Assembly (NCBI GenBank): GCA_035488835.1
Contig: DATHKX010000117.1
Coordinates: forward strand, 11,971-75,970
Source: Gemmatimonadales bacterium
GTDB taxonomy: Bacteria; Gemmatimonadota; Gemmatimonadetes; Gemmatimonadales; GWC2-71-9
Length of the DNA: 64,000 nucleotides
Direction of reading: 5' to 3'
Made by a program: the position numbers and the translations under genes. Below the pieces are notes generated by a model. It worked only from the letters and a program-made list of their open reading frames with translations. It had not been told where the DNA came from and did not search any database. This document shows positions 20,517 to 28,567 of the stretch, piece by piece. Position 1 is the first letter of the stretch, and each line of letters begins with the position of its first letter.

Positions 20517-21548
20517 GTGCGGGGCTTCCGGGAGACGATCGAGCGGGATCCCGAGCGGGCCGCCGTCGTCGCTCGTCTCCCGGTCGAGACCAAGCTCGCG
20601 TTGTACGCCGGGCTGTTGCGCGCGCGGCTGCACGACATTCAGCTCAAGCGCTGGGTGCGCACCGGCGTGATCTCCAAGGCGTGGCTTGGGACCGGGGAGG
20701 AGGCGACGACCGTCGGCCCGGTGCACGCGCTCCAGCGGGGGACGGATATCGTCGCGCCCATGATCCGGAACGCCGCGGCCTGTTGCGAGCTGGGCCTGCC
20801 CGTCAGCGACATGCTGCGCGCCTATCTCGGCAGCGAGGACTCGCCGGCGCGCGGCCGCGACCTCCACGTCGGCGCTTGGGCGCAGGGCGTGCTGCAGCCC
20901 ATCTCCCACGTGGGCGATATGGTCCCGGTCACCACCGGAATTGCGCTCACGTTCAAGATCAGACAGGAGCCGCGCGTCGCCCTCACCTGGGTAGGCGACG
21001 GCTCTACCAAGACCGCGGCGGCACACGAGGGCACGAACTTCGCCGCCGTCCAGAAGCTCCCCGCGATCTTCATCGTTCAGAACAACCAGGTCGCTCTGGG
21101 CACCCGGCTCGACCAGCATCACCTGCCCGGCAACTTCAACGACTGGGCGGCGAGCTATGGCATCCCCGGCGCCGCGTTCGACGGCAACAATGTGCTCGAC
21201 GCCTATGCGGCGACGAAGCTCGCGGCCGAGCGATGCCGCCTGGGCGGGGGACCGGCGCTGCTCGTCGCCGAGACGTTCCGTATGGGAGGGCACGCGACCC
21301 ACGACGAGCGCGAGGCGCGCGAAACCGTCTCCGCCGCGCTGTTCGAGCACTGGGGCAAGCGGGATCCGATCGGGATGTACGAGGAATACTCGAAGGCGGA
21401 CGGGATCAGCGTGAAGCAGCTCGAGGAGATCGAGGCCGATGTGACGGCCGAGGTGGAGCAGGCCGCGGAGCAGGCGTTGCGAAGCCGCGAGAGGATGCCG
21501 CCCGGCGAGAGCGCGCTGCAGGGTGTGTACGCGAAGAACGGCCGGTAG
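20517..21548 (+). CDS. thiamine-diphosphate-dependent 2-oxoacid dehydrogenase E1 alpha subunit-like protein (no E1 beta or E2 adjacent)
   Basis: C-terminal part of track ORF 19932..21548. TPP motif VGDGSTKT...IFIVQNNQVA. The first canonical in-frame start after the kinase stop is GTG 20517, so the start is uncertain. Confidence 0.7.
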   Translation: MRGFRETIERDPERAAVVARLPVETKLALYAGLLRARLHDIQLKRWVRTGVISKAWLGTGEEATTVGPVHALQRGTDIVAPMIRNAAACCELGLPVSDMLRAYLGSEDSPARGRDLHVGAWAQGVLQPISHVGDMVPVTTGIALTFKIRQEPRVALTWVGDGSTKTAAAHEGTNFAAVQKLPAIFIVQNNQVALGTRLDQHHLPGNFNDWAASYGIPGAAFDGNNVLDAYAATKLAAERCRLGGGPALLVAETFRMGGHATHDEREARETVSAALFEHWGKRDPIGMYEEYSKADGISVKQLEEIEADVTAEVEQAAEQALRSRERMPPGESALQGVYAKNGR

Positions 21549-21568
21549 CAGCGAAGAAAGAGACCGCC

Positions 21569-22705
21569 ATGACTCGACTCCTCTGGCTTGCATCGGTCCT
21601 CCTCGCCTGCGCGGTGCCGGCGGGGGAGAACCCGCCCCCGCCCCCGCCGCCTCCTCCACCGCCCCCCCCGGCCGGGAGCCTGGACACCGTTCTCATCGCC
21701 GGGCACGCGTTGTACGTGCCGCGTGGCTTCACGGTCAATCTGTTCGCCGAAGGTTTGAACGGCGTCCGCTACCTGGCGCTCGGTCCCGGCGGTGCGGTGT
21801 ATGCCTCGATGCCCGGCGCGGGCCAGATCGTCCGGCTCGTGGACGCGAACGGCGACGGCGTGGCCGACGCGCCCGCCCAGGCGGTGCTCGCCGGTCTGAA
21901 CGATCCCTTTGGGATCGCGTTCCGCGGCGACACCATGTATTTCGCCGAGCAGACCGCCGTGAAGCGGCTCGACCCGGGCGCGACCACACCGGTGACCTTG
22001 GTGTCGGGGCTGCCGAGCGGTGGCCACACCACCCGTACGGTCGTCTTCGGTCCGGACAACTTGATGTACGTCGCAGTTGGCTCGTCGTGCAACGTGTGCG
22101 ACGATGCGCCGCCGAGAGCAGCGGTCACGCGCTACAATCTCAACGGCTCGAGTCCCCACACCTTCGCCACGGGTCTCCGGAATTCCGTTGGCCTGGCCTT
22201 CAATCCCGTGACCGGCGAGCTGTGGGCGAACAACAACGACCGCGACAACCTCGGCGACGACACTCCGCCGGAGCACTTGAACATCTTGAAGGAGGGGAAG
22301 TGGTACGGCTGGCCGCAGTGCTACCTCCCGGGCAAAGCCAACCCCGAATATCCGGGAGCGGACTGCTCGGGCGTCCAGCCGCCCGCGCTGACAGTTCAGG
22401 CGCACTCGGCGCCGCTCGGGCTTGCGTTCTACACGGGCGCCATGTTTCCGGCTGACTACGCCGGCGACGCGTTCATGACGTACCACGGCTCCTGGAATCG
22501 CTCGGTGCCGACGGGCGCGAAGGTAGTGCGGGTGCACGTGCAGAGCGGTCGGCCGGCTTCGGTTGACGACTTCGTCACCGGGTGGCAGCTTGCCAACGGG
22601 TCGCGCTGGGGGCGACCGGTCGGACTCCTGGTGATGCCGGATGGAGCGCTGCTGGTGAGCGACGACACGGGCGATCGGATCTGGAGGGTGAGTTATGCGC
22701 GGTAA
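21569..22705 (+). CDS. PQQ-dependent sugar (glucose/sorbosone) dehydrogenase-like beta-propeller lipoprotein
   Basis: ATG 21569 (MTRLLWLASVLLAC lipobox) followed by a 14-Pro run. Family-like motifs GLRNSVGLAFNPVTGELWANNNDRD and GWP. Confidence 0.75.
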   Translation: MTRLLWLASVLLACAVPAGENPPPPPPPPPPPPPAGSLDTVLIAGHALYVPRGFTVNLFAEGLNGVRYLALGPGGAVYASMPGAGQIVRLVDANGDGVADAPAQAVLAGLNDPFGIAFRGDTMYFAEQTAVKRLDPGATTPVTLVSGLPSGGHTTRTVVFGPDNLMYVAVGSSCNVCDDAPPRAAVTRYNLNGSSPHTFATGLRNSVGLAFNPVTGELWANNNDRDNLGDDTPPEHLNILKEGKWYGWPQCYLPGKANPEYPGADCSGVQPPALTVQAHSAPLGLAFYTGAMFPADYAGDAFMTYHGSWNRSVPTGAKVVRVHVQSGRPASVDDFVTGWQLANGSRWGRPVGLLVMPDGALLVSDDTGDRIWRVSYAR

Positions 22706-23453
22706 GGGGCGGTATTGGGCGGTACTAGGCGGTATGGCCGGTGCAGCGGTGGTCGGTGGGGCAGCGTACCGCTCGGACATCCACTCCGAATACGTCAAGT
22801 TTCCCAGCGGCCGCGACACCATTACCGCCTACCTCGCCTATCCCGAGCGCAAGGATCCGGCGCCGGTCGTCGTGGTGATCCACGAGATCTTCGGCATGTC
22901 GGACTTCATTCGCCAGACCACGGAGCAGCTCGCCAAGGACGGCTTCGTGGCCATCGCTCCCGATCTGCTGTCGCGCCGCGGCGGGACTCCCGCGTCCACG
23001 GACGACGCGCGCAAGCTCATCGCCGGGCTCGACCCCGACACGGTGACCAAGGATCTCGACGCCACGGTGGCGTACGTGAAACGCATCAAGGCGGCCCGGC
23101 CCAACCGGGTAGGCGTCATCGGGTTCTGCTGGGGCGGCGGCCAGAGCTTCCGCTATGCGACTAACAACCCGTCGCTCGGGGCATTCGTCGTGTGTTACGG
23201 GCCAGGCCCCGACGCCATGTCCATCGCGCGCATCCGGGCGAAGGGGCTCGGCGTCTACGCCGAGAACGACGCGCGTATCAACGCCGGCCTGAGCGACGTG
23301 GACGCGGCGATCCGGACGTACCACAAGACCTACCGGTATACCGTGTATCCCGGTGTCGGCCACGGCTTCCTGCGGGCCCGTGAAAAGCCGGAAGTCGCGG
23401 ATAGTGCGTGGAAGGCGGTCGTGGGGTTCTTCAGGGAGAATCTGGAACACTAA
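22695..23453 (+). CDS. dienelactone hydrolase family protein
   Basis: Track ORF 252 aa with VVVIHEIFG, GVIGFCWGG nucleophile elbow and GVGHGF. The true start may be ATG 22734, downstream of the decamer repeat. Confidence 0.8.
   Translation: MRGKGRYWAVLGGMAGAAVVGGAAYRSDIHSEYVKFPSGRDTITAYLAYPERKDPAPVVVVIHEIFGMSDFIRQTTEQLAKDGFVAIAPDLLSRRGGTPASTDDARKLIAGLDPDTVTKDLDATVAYVKRIKAARPNRVGVIGFCWGGGQSFRYATNNPSLGAFVVCYGPGPDAMSIARIRAKGLGVYAENDARINAGLSDVDAAIRTYHKTYRYTVYPGVGHGFLRAREKPEVADSAWKAVVGFFRENLEH
22697..22746. repeat. about 5 x 10-nt tandem repeat (GGCGGTANNN) across the PQQ-dehydrogenase stop / hydrolase start
   Basis: Read directly: gCGCGGTAAG GGGCGGTATT GGGCGGTACT AGGCGGTATG GCCGGTGCAG. Confidence 0.7.
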
Positions 23454-24769
23454 GGCGGCGGCAGCCCGCCCTTGAGGTACTCTCGCGCCTTCTCCAGCGC
23501 CGGCTCGTTTCCCGCGAGCAGGTCGTTCACGGTCCGTATCACCACGATGTGGGGCTTCACTCCGACACCGGCGAACCCCGCGCCGTCGGGAGCCTCGTGG
23601 CGGGTGACCGAGAATTGTACGGCCCAGCTCTTCGGCAGCGCGAACGTTGCGACGTCTCCCGGGCTCCCACCGCTCGGCTCCCCGATGATGACGCCGCGAC
23701 TCGCGCTACGGAACGCCGCCAGCAAATCTTCCGCCGCGCCCGCGGTGGCGCTCGACGCCAGCACCGCGATCGGCCCCCCGTATGGGGGATGGTCCGCGCG
23801 GGGCGCAACCGTTCCCGTCTCTGGTCCGTACCAAGTGGTAGCGGAGTCGCCCAGGTTCCACGCCCGGAACACGGCCCGATACTGGGGCGTTCTCCAGCGC
23901 ACGGCGGAGAACGGGCGGTCGGTGAGCCGGGCGAGGATCTGGTAGGCGTATTCGGTCTTACCGTCGGCGGCGCGGCGCAGGTCGAGCACCAGCCCCTGCA
24001 CACGGGTGAAGTCGGGAAACGCCCGGTCGAACTCGCGCACCACCTCTTCGTTCTCCAGGGAGGCGATCCGTACGAGGGTGACGCCGTCCGGTAGGGACTC
24101 CGTGGCGAACGCCGGCGGGTCGAGCGGCCAGCGGTCATTGAGCGACAGGCTGCGGGTGACGCTGAGACCGCGTGGTTCGGCGCCCGGCACGCGGACGAGG
24201 AGGTGGACGGTGGTGCCCTTGTCTCCCTGGAGCATCCACGCGACGGCGCGCTGCCAGCGGTCGGCCGCGGTGGCCGCCGAGACCTCCGGCAGCACGGAGT
24301 CCCGGATCCACTGCTCGGCCGGAACACCCTGGACGGCGAGGATTTCGGCGAGTCGCTGGGGGCGCGCCACGCGCATCTCGTCGTTCTCTGCGTAATCCAG
24401 GATGAAGGGCCGGCGCTCGACGCTGGACACGAGCAACGGCGGGCGCGCGATGCGGGAGCGCAGCGTCGGGGGCGCGATCACCGCGGCCCGCCCGTCGCCC
24501 AGCAACGCGACGAGACGCCGCAACCGGCGGTAGAAGAGCAGGTCCGATTGCGGCTCGGCGGCGAGCTTCAGGTGCGCGACGAGTCCCGAGTCCCAATCGG
24601 CCCGCACGCGGTCCCAGTAGGCGAAGTTGTAGCGCGCCTCCGCCCACACTGAGGCGACCGCCGCCGCACGCTCGGCGGCAGTGAGCTGTTGCGCGGCGAC
24701 CGCCGGGCTCGGCGGAGACGCGAGTGCGGCCACGACCAGACACCCTAGGAGCCTCGACGGAGTGTTCAC
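23450..24769 (-). CDS. secreted peptidase S41-like (tail-specific protease family) protein
   Basis: Track ORF 439 aa with a signal peptide. S41-like IAVLASSATAGAAEDL and IIGEPSGG segments. I could not place the canonical catalytic Lys. Confidence 0.6.
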   Translation of the reverse strand: MNTPSRLLGCLVVAALASPPSPAVAAQQLTAAERAAAVASVWAEARYNFAYWDRVRADWDSGLVAHLKLAAEPQSDLLFYRRLRRLVALLGDGRAAVIAPPTLRSRIARPPLLVSSVERRPFILDYAENDEMRVARPQRLAEILAVQGVPAEQWIRDSVLPEVSAATAADRWQRAVAWMLQGDKGTTVHLLVRVPGAEPRGLSVTRSLSLNDRWPLDPPAFATESLPDGVTLVRIASLENEEVVREFDRAFPDFTRVQGLVLDLRRAADGKTEYAYQILARLTDRPFSAVRWRTPQYRAVFRAWNLGDSATTWYGPETGTVAPRADHPPYGGPIAVLASSATAGAAEDLLAAFRSASRGVIIGEPSGGSPGDVATFALPKSWAVQFSVTRHEAPDGAGFAGVGVKPHIVVIRTVNDLLAGNEPALEKAREYLKGGLPPP

Positions 24770-26030
24770 GCGCCTAATCTATCTCCTTCTGTTCGTCGCA
24801 CCGCAGGTGCTGATCTATCTGTACCTGCGGGAGCGCCTTCCCGACCCCACCCGACCCCGCCAGGCGCACCGGGTGCGCGTCGCGCTGGCCACGGTCTTCA
24901 TCGTCTTCAACCTCCCGTGGCTGGTCGTGGGCCAGCGCGTGTTGTTCGGCGGCAGCGTGTGGGGCGTGGGCCGGATCCCGCTTACGGGCCCGTGGATCGC
25001 GTGGCAGCTGCTCGGATGGATCTATTGCGTGCTCCTCACCGTCTACCTCCTTATCAAGCTTGTGGTCTGGGGGAGCGGGGAGCTGGGAGCGGTACTCTCC
25101 CGTGCAATGAAGGGCTCGGCGCCTCGGGGGGAACGGCTCCCCGCTCCCCGCTCCCTGTCTCGTCGACGGTTTCTTGCCCGTGCGACTTACGCGTACGCCG
25201 GAGCGGGCGTCGCGCTGTCGACTTACGGCATCTGGAGCGCCTACCGGGTCCCCCAGGTCACCCGTCGCACACTCGTGTTTCCCGATCTCCCACCCGGGCT
25301 CGACGGGCTCAAGCTGCTTCACCTCTCCGACCTGCACGCCGGCATGCACCTCGGCGAAGACGCGATGCAGGAGATCGTGGCGCGGGCGAACGCGCTCCGG
25401 CCCGATCTGATCGTGCAGACGGGAGACATGATCGACATCTCCCGCGCCTACATCCCGCCCTACGTGCGCGCGTTCCGCGAGCTCTCGGCGCCGCTCGGCG
25501 TGGTGACGGTGCTCGGCAACCACGACCGTTACACCGGCGAGCGCGAGGTCATCCAAGGCTGTCGCGATGCGGGCCAGGTGTTCGTGCAGAACGGTTGCCA
25601 CGTGGTCGAGCGGCACGGGGCGGTGCTCGCCCTCCTGGGTATCGACGACCCGCACAACTGGAGCGCGGACGATCCGCAGCGGGCCGATGTGGACGCGGCC
25701 CAGCGCGCCGCGCCGCCGGACGCGTTTCACGTGCTGCTGGCCCATCGTCCCGGAGCGTGGGACACGGCCGCCCCGCGCGGTATCCCGCTCACCCTGGCGG
25801 GACACATCCACGGTGGCCAGTTCTACCTGCCGCTGATCGGCTGGTCGGCTGGGAGCTTGATCACCAAGTACGTGATGGGGCACTTTCAACGCGGGAACAG
25901 CCAGCTGTACGTGAGCCGCGGCATCGGCGTGGTGGGCGTGCCGATCCGGGTGTTCGCGCCTCCGGAGATCGAGTTGTTCGAGCTGCGACGGTCTGGCGGA
26001 CCGGCGGTCGGGCGGTCAGAAGGCGCCTGA
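24762..26030 (+). CDS. membrane-anchored metallophosphoesterase (YaeI-like)
   Basis: Motifs LSDLHAG, GDMID, GNHD and GHIHGGQ, with N-terminal TM segments. Start uncertain: GTG 24762 would overlap the divergent gene start by 8 nt, and the next candidate is GTG near 24804. Confidence 0.8.
   Translation: MFTRLIYLLLFVAPQVLIYLYLRERLPDPTRPRQAHRVRVALATVFIVFNLPWLVVGQRVLFGGSVWGVGRIPLTGPWIAWQLLGWIYCVLLTVYLLIKLVVWGSGELGAVLSRAMKGSAPRGERLPAPRSLSRRRFLARATYAYAGAGVALSTYGIWSAYRVPQVTRRTLVFPDLPPGLDGLKLLHLSDLHAGMHLGEDAMQEIVARANALRPDLIVQTGDMIDISRAYIPPYVRAFRELSAPLGVVTVLGNHDRYTGEREVIQGCRDAGQVFVQNGCHVVERHGAVLALLGIDDPHNWSADDPQRADVDAAQRAAPPDAFHVLLAHRPGAWDTAAPRGIPLTLAGHIHGGQFYLPLIGWSAGSLITKYVMGHFQRGNSQLYVSRGIGVVGVPIRVFAPPEIELFELRRSGGPAVGRSEGA
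25071..25155. repeat. 19-bp inverted repeat (1 mismatch) built from GGGGAGC / GCTCCCC heptamers, inside the metallophosphoesterase CDS
   Basis: GGGAGCGGGGAGCTGGGAG (25071-25089) pairs with CTCCCCGCTCCCCGCTCCC (25137-25155). The spacer is 47 nt. Confidence 0.7.
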
Positions 26031-26096
26031 GGCGGTCGGGGTCTCGCGGAGCGACTGCGTATTTTTGTCGCGAAGCGAGGCCCCGACCGTCTCAGG
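26026..26096. repeat. REP/MITE-like nested palindromic element, copy A
   Basis: CCTGAGGCGGTCGGGGTCTCGC-[GGAGCGACTGCGTATTTTTGTCGCGAA]-GCGAGGCCCCGACCGTCTCAGG. Arms match 20/22, and the loop carries an inner GCGAC...GTCGC hairpin. It begins on the stop codon of the upstream gene. Confidence 0.75.
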
Positions 26097-26108
26097 CGCG
26101 CTGGGCGA

Positions 26109-26687
26109 TCACCCGCGCGTCGCCGCGATCGCATCCCAGGCGCCGTCCAACGCCAGCTTCACGCCCGCGTGCGTCTCCGGCCACTCTTTGGCCGACACTC
26201 GGTCGATTACCAGCGTCACCACGCCGAGCCACACGCCGGCCCATACCTCGGCGGCCCCCGCCTTCACCGAGCCGTCAGCCTTTCCCTGCGCGATCAGGCT
26301 CTCGAGGCCGAGGCGGAAGTCCCGCGCGGTCTTGCGACTCTCCTCGTCCAACAGGTCCTCATGCCGCTGGATGAAGAACAGCCGGGCGACGGCCGCTTCG
26401 TGCGCCGCCCCCGTCACGAGTCCGCGGGCGAGCTCGGCGAGCTTCTCGCGCGGTCCCACCTTGAGCGCGTCGGCGTCTTTGACGAGCTGCCCCGCCCAGC
26501 GTGCCGCCGTGCGGTACAGCTCGTTGAAGCAGTGCTGCTTGCTCGTGAAATGACGGTAGATCGTGCCTTCCGCCACGCCGGCCTTCTTGGCGATCCGTGG
26601 CGTGGTGGTCTCGTGATAGCCCTGCGTCGTGAACAGCTCGAGCGCCGCGCGCACGAGCCGCTCGCGGGTGACGTCGGCTTGGGTCAT
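26109..26687 (-). CDS. TetR family transcriptional regulator
   Basis: Track ORF 192 aa with HTH TTPRIAKKAGVAEGTIYRHFTSK. Confidence 0.9.
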   Translation of the reverse strand: MTQADVTRERLVRAALELFTTQGYHETTTPRIAKKAGVAEGTIYRHFTSKQHCFNELYRTAARWAGQLVKDADALKVGPREKLAELARGLVTGAAHEAAVARLFFIQRHEDLLDEESRKTARDFRLGLESLIAQGKADGSVKAGAAEVWAGVWLGVVTLVIDRVSAKEWPETHAGVKLALDGAWDAIAATRG

Positions 26688-26778
26688 CGGAGGCGAATCT
26701 AACGCGGCCTACCGTCGCCTGCCGGGACCGTCTAGCTTTCCGCCGCTCATTTTCCCGTTCATACGAGGCGGTAGCGCG

Positions 26779-27912
26779 ATGCGCATGCTGGTGCTCGGTG
26801 CAGGACTCCAGGGATCCGCCTGCGCCTACGATCTGTTGCGGCAGCCCGGCGTCGAGCGGGTCACGATCGCCGACCTGAAGCCCGAGCGCATTCCCGGCTT
26901 CCTAGAAGCCCACGTCGGGAAGCGACTCGCGCTCCTGAAGCTCGACGTGCAGGATGGCGCCGCGCTGCGCGCGGCCATGGTCGGTCACGCGGCGGTCCAG
27001 AACGCGGCACCGTACCACTTCAACCTCGAGGTCTCCCGGGCCGCGGTGGACGCCGGTGTCCACTGCGCCGACCTGGGCGGCAACACGGAGATCGTGTTTC
27101 AGCAGAAGGAGCTGGATGCCGAGGCGAAGCAGCGGAACGTGTCGGTGATCCCGGACTGCGGACTCGCGCCGGGGATGGTCAACGTGCTCGCGGCCGAGGG
27201 GATTCGGCGGGTCGGCGACGCGGAGTCCGTAAAGATCTACGTCGGCGGGCTGCCACAGCACCCCGAGCCCCCGCTCAACTACCAGATCGTGTACTCGCTC
27301 GAAGGCGCGCTCGACTACTACACGACGCCGTCCTGGGTGCTGCGCGACGGCAAGCCGGCGCGCGTAGACGCCCTTTCCGAGCTCGAGCACGTCATGTTTC
27401 CACCACCGGTGGGTCAGCTCGAGGCGTTCCACACCGGGGGCGGCATCTCCACGCTGCCGTGGGCGTACGAGGGCAAGGTCCGCACGATGGAGTACAAGAC
27501 GCTGCGCTACCCGGGGCACATCGGCATCATGCGGCCGATCCGCGAGCTGGGCCTCCTCGATCTCACGCCCGTGAAGGTAAAGGGGAAAGAAGTCGTGCCA
27601 CGCGACGCGTTCATCGCCACGGTGTCCCCCAAGCTCACGAAGCCCGAGGGGCGTGACCTGGTCGCACTGCGGGTCGAGGTGCGGGGAAGAAACGGGAAGC
27701 CGGTCGCGTGGCAGCTGCTCGACTATTCGGATGAAGCGCACGGCATCAGCGCGATGATGCGGACCACCGGGTACTCGCTCGCCATCACCGGCCTCATGCA
27801 GGTGGACGGTCGCATCGCGGTCAAGGGCGTGCACACTCCCGACGAGGCGGTGCCGTTCGGCGAATACGTGGCCGAGCTCGCGAAGCGGGGCGTCGAAATT
27901 CGCGAGATCTAA
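26779..27912 (+). CDS. saccharopine dehydrogenase-like NAD(P)-binding oxidoreductase
   Basis: Start trimmed to ATG 26779 (MRMLVLGAGLQGSA Rossmann). Family-like GGLP and YKTLRYPGH segments. Confidence 0.8.
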   Translation: MRMLVLGAGLQGSACAYDLLRQPGVERVTIADLKPERIPGFLEAHVGKRLALLKLDVQDGAALRAAMVGHAAVQNAAPYHFNLEVSRAAVDAGVHCADLGGNTEIVFQQKELDAEAKQRNVSVIPDCGLAPGMVNVLAAEGIRRVGDAESVKIYVGGLPQHPEPPLNYQIVYSLEGALDYYTTPSWVLRDGKPARVDALSELEHVMFPPPVGQLEAFHTGGGISTLPWAYEGKVRTMEYKTLRYPGHIGIMRPIRELGLLDLTPVKVKGKEVVPRDAFIATVSPKLTKPEGRDLVALRVEVRGRNGKPVAWQLLDYSDEAHGISAMMRTTGYSLAITGLMQVDGRIAVKGVHTPDEAVPFGEYVAELAKRGVEIREI

Positions 27913-27977
27913 AGACCGTCGGGGGTCCCACTCCGCGACAAAAAGACGCAGTCGCTTCGTGGGACCCCCGACGGTCT
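27913..27977. repeat. REP/MITE-like nested palindromic element, copy B (inverted relative to copy A)
   Basis: AGACCGTCGGGGGTCCCAC-[TCCGCGACAAAAAGACGCAGTCGCTTC]-GTGGGACCCCCGACGGTCT. Perfect 19-bp arms. The loop is the reverse complement of the copy-A loop with 3 differences out of 27. Confidence 0.75.
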
Positions 27978-28028
27978 CATGCGACCCCCAAGGAACCCCA
28001 ACGGCTATTGCGTCGTTAATGCGCAGTC

Positions 28029-28556
28029 ATGAGTGATCTCGACTTCCGCGCGCTGTGGGACCAGGCGCTGACCTACGACGAGTTCGTCAAACAGTCGACC
28101 GAGCATTGCGGGCTGTGGACCGGGGTGTACCGGCTCGCGCACATCCCCGCTTGGGCGTTTGAGCGCGCCTGCGACCGGGGACGGAAGTTCCGCCTGCTCG
28201 CGCTGGCCGAGGACTGGTGCGGCGACGCCTCCAACACGATTCCTTACGTCGCGAAGCTCGGCGCCCAGGCGCACTGTCTGGAGATGCGGATCCTGCGGCG
28301 CGACGAGCACCCGGAGGTAATGGACCGCTATCTCACCGGCACTGCGCGTGCCATCCCCATCGTGATCGTGTTGGACGACCAGTGGCACGAAGTCGGCCAC
28401 TGGGGATCGCGACCGACTGAACTCCAGGCGTGGGTGATGGAGGCGCGCAAGACGACGCCCAAGGACGAGCTGTATCCGCAGGTGCGCCGTTGGTACGCGA
28501 AGGACAAGGGCGAAACGACGCTGAGGGAGATCTTGTCGCTGTTGCCGGCGGGGTGA
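28029..28556 (+). CDS. thioredoxin-fold family protein
   Basis: Track ORF 175 aa with a WCGD motif at the position of a Trx-like active site. GC3-rich. Confidence 0.6.
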   Translation: MSDLDFRALWDQALTYDEFVKQSTEHCGLWTGVYRLAHIPAWAFERACDRGRKFRLLALAEDWCGDASNTIPYVAKLGAQAHCLEMRILRRDEHPEVMDRYLTGTARAIPIVIVLDDQWHEVGHWGSRPTELQAWVMEARKTTPKDELYPQVRRWYAKDKGETTLREILSLLPAG

Positions 28557-28567
28557 CCCGTCGTGCG

